A stretch of 63,997 nucleotides of DNA, counting the filler. It is 5 parts of 5 records of this genome, joined end to end, with 100 filler letters (N's around TTAATTAATTAA, not from the genome) between each part and the next. Parts side by side here need not be neighbours in the genome. Positions count along the whole stretch, not along the records: positions 24,904 to 43,279 come from SRR31156797_8338; positions 43,380 to 58,097 come from SRR31156797_8339; 3 more parts are not named here. The stretch is one strand, 5' to 3'. A program made the translations under genes and the position numbers. The notes under the pieces were generated by a model. The model saw nothing but the letters and a program-made list of their open reading frames with translations. It did no database searches and was not told the origin of the DNA. The first letter of the stretch is position 1. Each line of letters starts with the position of its first letter. Below, piece by piece: positions 37,397-48,432 of this stretch.

Positions 37397-38605
37397 TTGC
37401 CCCGAAACCCCAATAACCTTTCAACAGACCTTCACGGTGCAGGCCGTTTAACCATTGACGCCATTTTGGGCATTACCCATATGGTGGAATCATTACATGG
37501 CACCATTGCCGGCATTTCCGGGATAGTCGGCCCATCGGATCAAAATCGGACAAAGGGTATCACGAAAATGGTTTACCGGAACATCCGGACGGTTACCGGA
37601 TGGGTGGGCAACGGAATCGATGTTCTCCTCCACCGACCCGACTCCATGCCCGGCAAAAATGACGGAGCCCCCTCTCCCGGTCGTGAAGCACTTCTTTCCG
37701 CATTGAACGGTGTCTGCGGCGATCATCTTGCGGCAACTGACAACCCCCTTGCCGTCTCAATGCAATTTCGCCGGGCGGGAAAACCGTTGAACGAAGAAAC
37801 ACTTATAAAAACGATTCAACGGTCCAACGGCAAAATAGCCATCATGGTGCACGGCTCCTGCATGAATGATCTGCAATGGAACCGGCAGGGACACGATCAT
37901 GGCGCCGCCCTGGCCCGGGATCTGGGATTCATGCCCCTGTATGTCCATTACAATACCGGGCTTCACATTTCTCTAAACGGCAGAAAACTCTCCGACCTTC
38001 TTGAAAGAACCATTGTGCATTCGCCTAAACCCATAATGCTTTTCATCATTTCCCACAGCATGGGAGGGCTCGTTTCCCGGAGCGCCTGCCATTACGGGAA
38101 ATCATCCGGCCATACCTGGGTGAATCATCTCAAAAAGATCGTATTCTTGGGCACGCCCCATCACGGGGCGCCGCTTGAAAAATGTGGCAACGGGATCGAT
38201 AAACTACTGGAAATAAGCCCCTATGGCGCCCCCTTTTCCCATTTGGGAAAAATCCGGAGCTGCGGCATTACGGATCTGCGTTACGGTAGCGTGCTGGAAG
38301 ATGATTGGAAGGGATGCGACAGATTCAAATTTAGAGGGGATCAGCGAATCCCCGTACCGCTTCCGGAAGGCGTACAGTGTTACGCAATGGCCGCAAGCAC
38401 CGGCAAAAAATCAAAAAAAATCAGGAATGCGCTTATGGGAGATGGCCTCGTGACCATCAGCAGCGCTTTGGGCCGCCATAAAAAGGCTGAATTCAATCTC
38501 TTGATGCCACAAAGCCATCAGTGGGTCGGCCAAAACATGAACCACATGGATCTTCTGAGTCATCCGAAAGTGTATGAAACCATCAAAAAATGGTTAAAAA
38601 CATAA
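37397..38605 (+). CDS. Alpha/beta hydrolase (PGAP1/lipase-like)
   Basis: MVHGSC, SHSMGG nucleophile elbow, LGTPHHGAPL, GDGLV, NHMDLL. Confidence 0.8.
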   Translation: MPRNPNNLSTDLHGAGRLTIDAILGITHMVESLHGTIAGISGIVGPSDQNRTKGITKMVYRNIRTVTGWVGNGIDVLLHRPDSMPGKNDGAPSPGREALLSALNGVCGDHLAATDNPLAVSMQFRRAGKPLNEETLIKTIQRSNGKIAIMVHGSCMNDLQWNRQGHDHGAALARDLGFMPLYVHYNTGLHISLNGRKLSDLLERTIVHSPKPIMLFIISHSMGGLVSRSACHYGKSSGHTWVNHLKKIVFLGTPHHGAPLEKCGNGIDKLLEISPYGAPFSHLGKIRSCGITDLRYGSVLEDDWKGCDRFKFRGDQRIPVPLPEGVQCYAMAASTGKKSKKIRNALMGDGLVTISSALGRHKKAEFNLLMPQSHQWVGQNMNHMDLLSHPKVYETIKKWLKT

Positions 38606-38646
38606 ACGCATAGAAACTGCCGCTTCCCCCACGAGGAACCGTTTCA

Positions 38647-39993
38647 TTGATGAAGCATGTGCGAAATTCCATATTCCTGCTGGGCTTTTCGGTCATCATT
38701 ATTTCCTTTGTTGTCACTTCTCCTTTCAGCGTCGGCGCGGCATCCTCCGTTAAACGCCCATCTGAGGAACATCCGCCGCTACCGTCACACAAGCTGACAC
38801 CCGCGCAACAACATTCCGGAGAACTCCTGGCGTATCTATTGAAGGTGGTTCTGGGTCGGGCGGGCCAACTCAAGTCAAGGGGAGATTGGCGGATCAGGGC
38901 CATTGATGAACCCCTTGATTTCGACCGAATCGTGAGGGTCATGACGGATCCGGAAGAAAACCAACTGGATTTCATGGTGTTGGACCCCGACATCCTGGAC
39001 CTGAGCCAGGTTCTCTTTCATTACGATGAAAACCTAAGTCTTTATAAGGGGGATTACGGGGTTACCAGCGTCTATCCCGCGCCTGAAATCCTGGCCATCC
39101 GCTTGTTTCTCCTTAAAAAAATCCAGTCGCGGGAAAAAATTAATCTGGATGCATTCATGCGGCGTGAAGGGAACCTGCTCAATGAGAACTACCAGACGTC
39201 GCCGGAGGATCTGGCCGCCACACGCCTGTCCGCTCGGGAAATGAAATTCCTGCGGGACATTTTTAAAAATGAACCGGCCTTCTACCGCTATTTAACCTGC
39301 CCCTTTCTATTGAAGGAAATCGCGGAAACCGGGGTCCTTGTCCCCGGTGAGATTACGGAAAAAATCATTCAGTCGGCTGATTACACCCCCTTCAGGTGCA
39401 ACTGCTTCGGCTGCCGAAAAAACAGGGACGCGGTCAAAATTGCCCTTCTGCCCTCCATGACCAAGGAGTTTGTCCATGAAATAAATCTCCCCCATCTCTC
39501 GGAGCACGGCTTTAAACCCACTGAATTTCTGGAAGACATATTTATCAAACTGAAAAAGGAAATCCTCGACAAAACCCGGGAAGACCTTAAAAGAAGACTT
39601 GCAAAACCACCATACCCGAAACTCACACAATCCCAATGGCATAAACTGTGGCTCCGGATAACCCAGCACCATATTGCCTTTTATATTGAAGACAAAAGGC
39701 CCCTGGTCATCTATCCGGAAAATGTTGTAAAGGTCATCCGTGAGGTCTCTCCGGAAGCGGATTTCACGGTGATCCTTCTGGGTAAAAACACCTACCGCGC
39801 CATATACTTTGATCCCATCAAAGATGTCTACCCTTCCGTAAACCGGCTCTATCTGGATATCATGGATATCGAATACCATCAGGCGGGAGAGGAGATCGAA
39901 ATTGTCAGTCAGTTCATCTGTTCACGTCTCATACCCCGTATACCCGCCTTGATTGACCGTATGGCGGAAAAAAAGAAGGGGCCCTTCAGGTGA
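38647..39993 (+). CDS. Secreted hypothetical protein
   Basis: 448-aa ORF with signal peptide, no recognised motif. Confidence 0.7.
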   Translation: MMKHVRNSIFLLGFSVIIISFVVTSPFSVGAASSVKRPSEEHPPLPSHKLTPAQQHSGELLAYLLKVVLGRAGQLKSRGDWRIRAIDEPLDFDRIVRVMTDPEENQLDFMVLDPDILDLSQVLFHYDENLSLYKGDYGVTSVYPAPEILAIRLFLLKKIQSREKINLDAFMRREGNLLNENYQTSPEDLAATRLSAREMKFLRDIFKNEPAFYRYLTCPFLLKEIAETGVLVPGEITEKIIQSADYTPFRCNCFGCRKNRDAVKIALLPSMTKEFVHEINLPHLSEHGFKPTEFLEDIFIKLKKEILDKTREDLKRRLAKPPYPKLTQSQWHKLWLRITQHHIAFYIEDKRPLVIYPENVVKVIREVSPEADFTVILLGKNTYRAIYFDPIKDVYPSVNRLYLDIMDIEYHQAGEEIEIVSQFICSRLIPRIPALIDRMAEKKKGPFR

Positions 39994-40001
39994 AGGGCCC
40001 C
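39978..40001. terminator. Bidirectional terminator between convergent genes
   Basis: GGGGCCCTTCA-GG-TGAAGGGCCCC perfect stem. Confidence 0.7.
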
Positions 40002-40035
40002 CATGGGGTCAGCTTTTTTGGGAAAAGGAAGAAGG

Positions 40036-40503
40036 TTAATTCCAGCAAGGGGCACCCCGGTTCCCACCGTACCCACCGCGACCTCTACCGTAGCCACCGC
40101 CATAAGCACCCTGGGGCGCCACTTTGCGGATTTCCAGCCTATAGGCGAGGCGCTTATCCGCCATCCGGGATTTCAGTTCGCTGAGTTCCTTCTGCAACGC
40201 CTGCAGTTTTTCCCCATCCGGGCTTTCCCCGTTCAAAAGGAGCGACATTTCGGTCTGTTTGCTCCAGATGTTATTTCTCAGGGCTGAAGTTTCATTGAAA
40301 AATTTTTGATCCAGGCTGTTGAGTTCCTTTTGCTGCTCAGGGGTCACAGCGGGATTACCCCCCTGATCCCGCCAGCAATACCCGGGACCACCACCGCCGA
40401 AACCCCACCCGGAACATCCTCGTCCGGAACCCCTTGCGAAAACGGGGTAAGCCATTACACCCACCAAGAGTAATACGCCCAATACGGTTACCAGTTTTTT
40501 CAT
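40036..40503 (-). CDS. zraP: ZraP-like periplasmic protein (Spy/CpxP family)
   Basis: Signal peptide, VTPEQQKEL, Gly-rich termini with Cys; divergent from zraSR. Confidence 0.8.
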   Translation of the reverse strand: MKKLVTVLGVLLLVGVMAYPVFARGSGRGCSGWGFGGGGPGYCWRDQGGNPAVTPEQQKELNSLDQKFFNETSALRNNIWSKQTEMSLLLNGESPDGEKLQALQKELSELKSRMADKRLAYRLEIRKVAPQGAYGGGYGRGRGGYGGNRGAPCWN

Positions 40504-40569
40504 GTTGCACCTCCAAAGTCTAAAAAAGGGTTTGATTTTTGAAACCGTTCTCATTTGCAAACCGGTTAG

Positions 40570-40586
40570 AGCAAAGGGTGTGCCAA
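40570..40586 (-). promoter_or_regulatory. Sigma-54 -24/-12 promoter of zraP
   Basis: Minus strand TTGGCAC-ACCCT-TTGCT matches TGGCAC-N5-TTGC. Confidence 0.85.
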
Positions 40587-40681
40587 AAAAAACGATACCC
40601 ATTAACATACTTAATATACATCCTTTTACAGGCTTTTGACCCTGGAAACCAATATGCCCTTGCGAAGACCGTTGAAAAGGA

Positions 40682-40729
40682 GGATACTTTGTACCCGGTT
40701 CTCATACCCTGGGTGGGTACAAAGTATCC
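40682..40729. promoter_or_regulatory. Putative ZraR upstream activator sequences
   Basis: Perfect 15-bp inverted repeat GGATACTTTGTACCC / GGGTACAAAGTATCC with 18-bp spacer, about 100-145 nt upstream of the -24 box. Confidence 0.7.
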
Positions 40730-40824
40730 ACATGGGCGAACAGGTGGGGGTGCGTCCGTAAGCATTTTTCCTGTTACGAGACGGTTTTTCCATCTCGGTA
40801 CCGTTTTTGCTTACCAAAACCGTT

Positions 40825-42612
40825 ATGATACGTCACAATCAAAAAAAGAAACAGTGGCTTTGGATCCCCCCCTGGGTGGTCATCGGCGCCGTACTGGTGC
40901 TGGCACCGATTTTCTTCTTTCTGACGGTGGATTCCATCAACCGCCAGAAAGAAAGCACCATCGCCCTTTTAAAGGAAAAAGGGGCCGCCCTCATCCGTTC
41001 CTTTGAAGCCGGGGCCCGAACCGGCATGATGGGTATGCGATGGGGCGGCGCCCAGGTACAGCGATTGCTCTCGGAAACGGCCCGGCAAAAGGATATCGTC
41101 CATATTCTGGTGACCGATGCGGGGGGGACCATCCTGGCGGACAGCGATCCCGGCAATATCGGAAAACCTTATGGCGAAAGTCTTGATTTACAGCGGATTT
41201 CCCAATCCCACACCCTTCACTGGCGCGAGGTTTACACCGGAGACGGAAAAAAAGTGTTTGAAGTGTTTCGCCGGTTCGTACCCATGCACGGCAGAAACGG
41301 TGCACATGGCCCGGGGAGGGGGTCTAAAATGAGATCGGGAATGGGGTCGGACGACTGGTGCCGGGGCCATATGAATCCCCGAAACGGAACCGAGAACGGG
41401 TCGCAGATCATCTTTGTGGGGTTGGATATGACATCGGTTGAAGACGCCGCCGGAGAAGACATTCGCCACAGCATCTTCATGGGCTTTCTTTTTCTCCTCA
41501 TCGGGTTTGCCGGCATGGTAACCCTCTTTATGGCGCAGGCCTATCGTTCCGCCAGGACCTCCTTTTCCAGGGTCAAAGCCTTTTCAGACAATCTGGTTGA
41601 AAACATGCCCATGGGACTTGTTGCCATCGATCCGGAAGAACGGATCGCCTCTTTCAACCAGACCGCCGAATCCATGCTCGGGATCAGCGCCCATGAAGCC
41701 CTTTTTAAGCGGCTCCCTGAAATCCTGCCCTCCAATTTCCAGGATTTTTTCAACCGGCTTAAATCGGAACCGGGACCCATTAACAGGGAAATGGAGGCAT
41801 CTCTCAACAAAGAAATTAATTTGCCCCTGGAGGTCATCGGCACGGCATTGACGGAAGAGGACGGCGCGGCCCTGGGGTGGGTCATCCTTTTCAGGGATTT
41901 AACCGAAATCCGGCACCTCAAAAGGGAAATTGCCCGAAGCCAGCGACTGGCATCCATCGGCCGGCTGGCAGCTGGGGTCGCCCATGAAATCAGGAATCCC
42001 TTAAGCTCCATTAAGGGATTTGCCACCTACTTCAAAGAGCGGTACCGTGACACACCGAAAGACCACCAGACCGCCGAAATCATGATCCAGGAGGTGGAAC
42101 GGCTTAATCGGGTTATCGGGCAGCTCCTGGAATTCGCCAGGCCCATGTCCATTCAAAGAAGGTCCACACAACTGGATGCACTGATCCGCCATTCCCTGAA
42201 AATGGTGGAAGGGGACGCCCGACAAAAGGGTATCACCCTGAATGTGGAAAGCGATCCCCATATCAACACGGTGCACTTGGACCCGGACCGGATCAAGCAG
42301 GTTCTCCTGAATTTATACTTGAACGCCATGGAAGCCATGGGGGAAGGCGGCGACCTTTCCGTGGCGGTTCTTCGGGTGGACACGAACCGGAGTATTCAAA
42401 TCACCGTGTCGGACACGGGTCCGGGGATCAAACCGGAAGACCTGCCGAATTTATTTGATCCTTATTTCACCACAAAACCGTCCGGGACAGGGTTGGGGCT
42501 TGCCATTGTCCACAAGATCATAGAATCCCATCAAGGGGAAATCTTAGTTAAAAGCCCGAGGGGGGAAGGGACCGTCATCACCATCATCATCCCCCATGCG
42601 CTGGAGGATTAA
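40825..42612 (+). CDS. zraS: ZraS/HydH-like sensor histidine kinase
   Basis: [17 protein letters not shown], 2 TMs, [27 protein letters not shown]. Confidence 0.85.
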   Translation: MIRHNQKKKQWLWIPPWVVIGAVLVLAPIFFFLTVDSINRQKESTIALLKEKGAALIRSFEAGARTGMMGMRWGGAQVQRLLSETARQKDIVHILVTDAGGTILADSDPGNIGKPYGESLDLQRISQSHTLHWREVYTGDGKKVFEVFRRFVPMHGRNGAHGPGRGSKMRSGMGSDDWCRGHMNPRNGTENGSQIIFVGLDMTSVEDAAGEDIRHSIFMGFLFLLIGFAGMVTLFMAQAYRSARTSFSRVKAFSDNLVENMPMGLVAIDPEERIASFNQTAESMLGISAHEALFKRLPEILPSNFQDFFNRLKSEPGPINREMEASLNKEINLPLEVIGTALTEEDGAALGWVILFRDLTEIRHLKREIARSQRLASIGRLAAGVAHEIRNPLSSIKGFATYFKERYRDTPKDHQTAEIMIQEVERLNRVIGQLLEFARPMSIQRRSTQLDALIRHSLKMVEGDARQKGITLNVESDPHINTVHLDPDRIKQVLLNLYLNAMEAMGEGGDLSVAVLRVDTNRSIQITVSDTGPGIKPEDLPNLFDPYFTTKPSGTGLGLAIVHKIIESHQGEILVKSPRGEGTVITIIIPHALED

Positions 42613-42616
42613 ATCC

Positions 42617-43279
42617 ATGACCAAAAAAGGAAAAACCATCCTGGTGGTGGACGATGACCATGCCCACAGGATCATGTTGTGCACCCTTCTTTCCGGGTGG
42701 GGCTATGCAGTGGAAGAGGCGGACGACGGCCAGACGGCCATTTTAAAAGTCCACGGGAAATCATTCGACCTCATATTAATGGACATCCGGATGATCAAAC
42801 TCTCGGGGCTTGAGGCCCTGGCTGAAATTCAGGATTATAACCCGGCCATTCCCATCATCATCATGACCGCTTATGCCTCCGTTGAAACGGCTGTTACGGC
42901 GCTGAAAAAAGGGGCTTACGATTACCTGACCAAACCCCTGGACTTTGATGAATTGCGGTTGGTCATGGCGCGGGCCATGGATCACAGCCTCCTGAAAGAG
43001 GAAAACCGTATTCTGAAAGAGCGACTGGGAAATCAGTTTAATACCCGGAACATCATCGGCCGGAGTCAAGTCATGGTCACGCTTCTGGAAACCGTGGCCC
43101 AGGTGGCCCCTTCCGAAGCAACCGTCCTGGTGACCGGGGAGTCGGGCGCGGGTAAGGAACTGATTGCGGGGGCCGTCCACTACAACAGCCCGCGAAAAGA
43201 TGGACCCTTCATCAAAATGAACTGCGCCGCCGTCACCGAAACCCTTCTGGAGTCGGAACTTTTCGGCCATGAAAAAGGG
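42617..43279 (+). CDS. zraR: ZraR/NtrC-family sigma-54 response regulator, truncated by contig end
   Basis: REC domain, [20 protein letters not shown]. Confidence 0.88.
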
Positions 43280-43379
43280 NNNNNNNNNNNNNNNNNNNNN
43301 NNNNNNNNNNNNNNNNNNNNNNNTTAATTAATTAANNNNNNNNNNNNNNNNNNNNNNNNNNNNNNNNNNNNNNNNNNNN
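43280..43379. other. Artificial contig spacer
   Basis: N run with TTAATTAATTAA. Confidence 0.99.
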
Positions 43380-44642
43380 ATTTTCCCGGCTCACGAAAGA
43401 GGGGATGTGAATGCCGTTGGTCACATGCCCAATGGGGATTTCCGCCTCCGGCCGATGGGGCCACACGTTCCGCCACATGCGACGGGCCACTTGACCATGA
43501 AGTTCGCTGACGCCGTTTAAGTACTGGCTCATTCGCAAACCCAGGACAAACATGGAGAGCTTTCCGTTCTCACCGGCCCCGGCGTGTTGACCCCAGGAGA
43601 CGATTTCATCCACGGAAATCCCCAATCGATCTTCGTATTGGTAGAGGTAGGGTTTCACCAAATCCGGCGCAAATTCATCATGCCCCGCGGGAACCGGCGT
43701 ATGGGTTGTAAAGACGGTTGTACGTGGGATTATCTCCCTGGCCGTGCGAAGATCAACGTCCGCCTTCTCCATGGTCTGGGCCAACCGTTCCAGACATGAA
43801 AATACCGGGTGTCCCTCATTCATATGGAAAACCCTCGGTTCCATCCCCATGGCCTTCAGGGCCTTTACCCCTCCGATTCCCAGCAAAATCTCCTGGGCAA
43901 GGCGGATCGATTGATCCGACACATACAACCTGGCCGTTATTTCACGGATATGGGGCGGATTTTCGCGCAGGTTGGTATCCAGCAGATAGAGGGGCACGCG
44001 TCCCACGGAAACTTTCCAGATGACGGCCATGATACCATCCGAAGGCCCGGGGATGCTGATACGGATCTCATGGCCCTGTTGGTCACGAACTTTTTCCAAG
44101 GGGAGATGGTAAATATCCGTCTCAGGATATTCCTCATGTTGCCAGCCGTCTTTATTGATACGCTGATGAAAGTATCCCTGGCGATAAAAAAGCCCCATCC
44201 CCGCCAGTGGCAGCCCCAGGGTGGAAGCCGCCTTGAGATGGTCCCCGGCGAGGATGCCCAGGCCCCCCGCAAAAATGGGAAGGGTTTCATGGATGCCGAA
44301 TTCCATGGAAAAATAGGCGATGGCACCGTCGCGGTCGTATACCTCTTTATGGGCACCCTGAAACGGCGCCTTTACCCTGGCTTCAAAAAGCGCTTTTACA
44401 CGGGCCTGGTGGTCCAAAAAACCGGGGTCCTTTGATAGTTCCTCAAGCCTTTTCTGGGGCACATTGGTCAGAAGTAAAACCGGATTTCGACCTGAATTTT
44501 CCCAGAGCTCATAATCAATACGGCGAAAGAGTTCTTTAGCGTCCAGCTCCCAGCTCCACCAGTAATTCCCGGACAACTCCTCCAGAAAAGAAAGGGATTC
44601 GGGGATATTGGGCAACACCTGAAACGTTTGAAAATGGTCCAT
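43380..44642 (-). CDS. glgP: Alpha-glucan (glycogen) phosphorylase, 5' part
   Basis: IAYFSMEFG, AGGLGILAGDHLK, HMNEGH, FTTHTPVPAGHD, NGVSELHG, TNGIH. Confidence 0.92.
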
Positions 44643-44772
44643 TTTTATTTTACCTCTTTAAAAGATGGCAAAGATATTATACATGAAAGGCTTTAAACGA
44701 TATTGCAGTCTCTTCACTAATTTTCATCATATTCACCATGATGTCACCCCTTTTTTTCTCGGCCATTCGCTG

Positions 44773-45804
44773 CTATCGACTCCTAAATTCACCAATTCGG
44801 GTACAATCAACAAGTCGGTTCAATGTGTTAGCTGTAAACACCTTACCCCTGGTCGCAAGAATCATCTTCTTCATGTCTTCACGGCGAACACCGAAGCCTC
44901 TACCACCGATGCAGGCAATGACCTCATATTTAGGGTCATCCTCGGAGCGACCGGAAAGACTCAATTCGCCGAGATGCTGAATTCGTGTCACCTTGTCGCG
45001 GGCCGTACCGTCATCCTCGGTGATTTTCGCCTCGATAATGACCTGCGGGTTGAATTCGCTGGGGATAATGAAATCCGGCGTCTGATCAAAACCTTCGATT
45101 CGTTCCGCCCGTTTTGTTTTTCGGAAACTTACCCCTGCCCTGGAAAGAACATCTTCTATTGCGGATTCCAAGCTGTCGCCGATGATTTCGCTAACGGAAT
45201 CTCGATGTCCTGCGAACGGCCTTCCGAGGAAGCGTTCATACAACAGCATGGCGTAGGGAACGCCTATAATGGACAGGTTCCGGATGCTTTCGGCACCATA
45301 CTTCGTATCCGCTTTGTCCAGGCGATGCAATTGGCCGATATCCACATCGGGGGCGCCAGCCGATAGTAATTGGCACGCTGTTTGGACCATCGCTTTAAGC
45401 CGTTCTTTCGTGACACCGTTGGTATTAAGTCCCTTTCCCGGAGTCATTCGCACTTTTCTGTCCAGCGAGCGCACGAAACCTTGAGTGACCGATACAGCGG
45501 TTTTCTGCGTTGTGACGTAACCCCATTCCGGTGGCGTGAAACCCAGCATCGAACGCAGAACCACAATTGCAATCGGCTCAGAGACCGTAACGGGAAACAC
45601 CTTATTCGGATCGAATTGTGAAAAGCCTGCGGTTGCAACCTTTAACGCTTCGTACCCGCGCTCGAAGACCGGATATTCGACAAAGCCGGCCCCCTTTGGT
45701 AAGACAAGGAATTCCGACTCCAAGCATGAGAAAACGGCATCAACATAGCTTTCAGGGTCCTGGAGGATGACATCAAGGGAAACTTCAAAAGGAAATGTCG
45801 GCAT
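44773..45804 (-). CDS. Putative PD-(D/E)xK restriction endonuclease
   Basis: GDSLE..TPDFIIP..VIIEAK catalytic pattern; start MPTFPF overlaps the methylase end by 20 nt. Confidence 0.65.
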   Translation of the reverse strand: MPTFPFEVSLDVILQDPESYVDAVFSCLESEFLVLPKGAGFVEYPVFERGYEALKVATAGFSQFDPNKVFPVTVSEPIAIVVLRSMLGFTPPEWGYVTTQKTAVSVTQGFVRSLDRKVRMTPGKGLNTNGVTKERLKAMVQTACQLLSAGAPDVDIGQLHRLDKADTKYGAESIRNLSIIGVPYAMLLYERFLGRPFAGHRDSVSEIIGDSLESAIEDVLSRAGVSFRKTKRAERIEGFDQTPDFIIPSEFNPQVIIEAKITEDDGTARDKVTRIQHLGELSLSGRSEDDPKYEVIACIGGRGFGVRREDMKKMILATRGKVFTANTLNRLVDCTRIGEFRSR

Positions 45805-47998
45805 ATTCAGCTCCATATTCTGCGGCATTTTCGTGTACGGCGAACAAAGGCATATCATTCCTTATCGCTGCCCCGTCATACGCCATGCACTTTTCCACTT
45901 CGGCCCATCCACCGAAGCGTTTAAGCCAATCTGCCACTTTTCCGATGCGCGTTGCTACCGGTTCCGTTTTACACCACTCAAGGCGCAGGGACCAGATTGC
46001 TAATCGGATCAAATGCCCATAGGTGATGCACCTGATGTCGCCGGACGTCGGCTTAACATTACCGACCCTAACCTGATCCAAGTCTTCGTTAACGATCCGA
46101 GCGACTTCATCCGGTGAATTCGCCAACCACTTCCGTTGCATAGCGCCGGTTTGCCGACAAATAAACACGGTATCCATAATCGATGAGCCCGTTCCGTTTA
46201 TGTGGATTGATGCGCCCATTTCCGCCGGACAGGGAAGCGACGCGGAACAGGTCAGTCCGGCATCGAGGATAGCCACCGCTATGGGAAAGTACGCTTCCAT
46301 ATTGTTGTGGTGGTAGGTGAATGCCAGAGGCGATCCGGGCTTTAATGCTTTTGCCATACGCTGAAAAACTGAGGAAAGGCCCTTTGTGAAATGATCGATC
46401 CCGCGCCCCATGTTAACATTTCCGGTCAATTCATCGGGTGTGCGGGTAGAATCGGCTTTGAATGCGCCGGCGTTTTGTCCCACAAGCTTTTTGAGCCAGA
46501 CATAACAGAAATCCATAAGCTCCGCGTATTGGACATTACCAAAATAGGGAGGATCGGTAAAAACGGCATCCAGTGAAGCATCCGGCAGTCTGCAGGACGC
46601 AGCGTCTTGGCATGAGATATGGACAACGCGTGCAGGTGTGGACGTATCACCGTTCAAATGGTCTCCGATCCATTCTCCGTTGATTGGAACGATTTTCTTT
46701 GAACGACCCTGAAACCTGACTTCAAAGGGATGATCACAATAGGATTTCGCTTTTTTGAACTTCTCTATAATATTGGCCCATCCGCCGCTGCCCACACATA
46801 TGTTGCGGCCCGGCTCCATTATCCCCATGAAATTGGACTCGCATTGAATCAATCCTACCGGAAAACCGTGAACGGAGAAAATGTCCAATGACTTTAACGC
46901 CCTCGAGTCATAGCGGCAAAGCATGTTCTGGTAGCGGAGCAAGTCGGAAAGGTTCGTTGCCAGCGCATTGCGTACGCGCTCATTGGATATTTTTACGATC
47001 ATGCGAGCAGAAAGTTCCAAGCCGAGAAGCTGACGGTTATTGAACATTTCCCGGTAACGCGTGTATCCCCAGCGGTGCAGGCGGTCTGTTTCGTCACCGG
47101 TTGGAATCTCATCGTCGGGAACATACTTCGGACGTATCCTTGACCAGCGCCTCTCGATCTCATCGATATTCTCCAAATCGTGATCATCAGGTTTTTTAAA
47201 GAATCTGCCGGTATGGGAAGGCTTGCATCTTGAACAGTGGTATTCCAATGCAAAAAGACGGTGACGGGGCGCCCCAAAACCGGCATCAGGGTAACGATTG
47301 TCGGCACCGCACGCCGAACATCTGCAACGGCTTCGTTTGGCAGGCCCTTTCAACAATAGTTCTGTAGCGCATTGATCACAGCGGCCCGGCGCTTTCCGGT
47401 CGCCCGTTTCGGTCAATTCTCCGCAAGTAGGACAAACAAAGACGTTTTTGGGATGTCTGGAGTCCGCGGAAAGAAGATATCCGGGAAACAGGTCCATATC
47501 CTTTCCACATTGATGACATGCGGTTACTTTAACCCAAAGGAAGTATTTGACATGGGCATGGTTCGATCCGCATAGAGTGCACCGTGTTCTATAGAACCGT
47601 CCGATCTCCTTTTCCATTGTTGTGCGAAGGGAGTCCGCAGCCTTTGTATAAGCGTCAAGATTAAGATGTTCGATTTCTTGCTTAACGATCCAATAAGACA
47701 TGGGGTTGATGTCAAAGCCCGTGACATCGCATCCAACACGGTTTGCCTCTATGATCGGCGTACCCCCGCCCATGAACGGGTCGGCCACATGGCGACCCGA
47801 AAGGTCGTTTGAGTTATAAAACGCATCCCGGAGCTGCTTTTCCGAGAACTCGGCCAGAAGCAAGCCGCGAAACAGAGTGCCCGGTCGTCTTGCAAACCAT
47901 TTATGCACGGCAATGACCGGTCGGTAGTTCTGCTGAATCTGCTTTTCCCGAAGCGCCAAGTCCGCGATAAACGGTATATCAAAATGCTTTTCTATCAT
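45785..47998 (-). CDS. DUF1156/COG1743-type amino (adenine) DNA methyltransferase with Zn ribbons
   Basis: HKWFARRP, DPFMGGGT (motif I), six CxxC, TDPPY (motif IV). Confidence 0.85.
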   Translation of the reverse strand: MIEKHFDIPFIADLALREKQIQQNYRPVIAVHKWFARRPGTLFRGLLLAEFSEKQLRDAFYNSNDLSGRHVADPFMGGGTPIIEANRVGCDVTGFDINPMSYWIVKQEIEHLNLDAYTKAADSLRTTMEKEIGRFYRTRCTLCGSNHAHVKYFLWVKVTACHQCGKDMDLFPGYLLSADSRHPKNVFVCPTCGELTETGDRKAPGRCDQCATELLLKGPAKRSRCRCSACGADNRYPDAGFGAPRHRLFALEYHCSRCKPSHTGRFFKKPDDHDLENIDEIERRWSRIRPKYVPDDEIPTGDETDRLHRWGYTRYREMFNNRQLLGLELSARMIVKISNERVRNALATNLSDLLRYQNMLCRYDSRALKSLDIFSVHGFPVGLIQCESNFMGIMEPGRNICVGSGGWANIIEKFKKAKSYCDHPFEVRFQGRSKKIVPINGEWIGDHLNGDTSTPARVVHISCQDAASCRLPDASLDAVFTDPPYFGNVQYAELMDFCYVWLKKLVGQNAGAFKADSTRTPDELTGNVNMGRGIDHFTKGLSSVFQRMAKALKPGSPLAFTYHHNNMEAYFPIAVAILDAGLTCSASLPCPAEMGASIHINGTGSSIMDTVFICRQTGAMQRKWLANSPDEVARIVNEDLDQVRVGNVKPTSGDIRCITYGHLIRLAIWSLRLEWCKTEPVATRIGKVADWLKRFGGWAEVEKCMAYDGAAIRNDMPLFAVHENAAEYGAEYADISF

Positions 47999-48201
47999 CT
48001 ATTCACTACCATTCCTTGTTCTCGCTGGATAACGTTTAAATCGCTGATAGTATTTTCTTGTCAAATTTTACAGCAGCCACCTTTTCAAAGCGAGTGCGGT
48101 ACGGTGCTAGGCGTCTTGTTGGATTTTTAAGTTGTATCGCACTACACAGGGTGCTAGTATTACCGTATTACCAGAACACTACACTGGCGAAGGAGAAAAT
48201 T

Positions 48202-48432
48202 ATGCAAACAGAAATCAGTAAACTCACAAAGAAATATCAGGCTACCGTACCGAAAGCCGTGCGAACAAAACTAAAGCTTCGTGCCGGCGATTCAATCGCT
48301 TTCGAAATCGACAACAATTTAATAAAGTTAAGAAAAGCAACACCTATTGATCTTAAATTCAGCTCCGCCTTAGTCCCTACACTGAGTGAATGGGAATCAC
48401 AAAACGATGAAGAGGCATACAATGATTTATAA
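48202..48432 (+). CDS. AbrB/MazE-family antitoxin
   Basis: SKLTKKYQATVPKAVRTKLKLRAGDSIAF; acidic tail; AAGGAG RBS. Confidence 0.85.
   Translation: MQTEISKLTKKYQATVPKAVRTKLKLRAGDSIAFEIDNNLIKLRKATPIDLKFSSALVPTLSEWESQNDEEAYNDL

Noticed and set aside
44665-45366. 233-aa plus-strand ORF
   Set aside because: Antisense to the nuclease gene, no recognisable features
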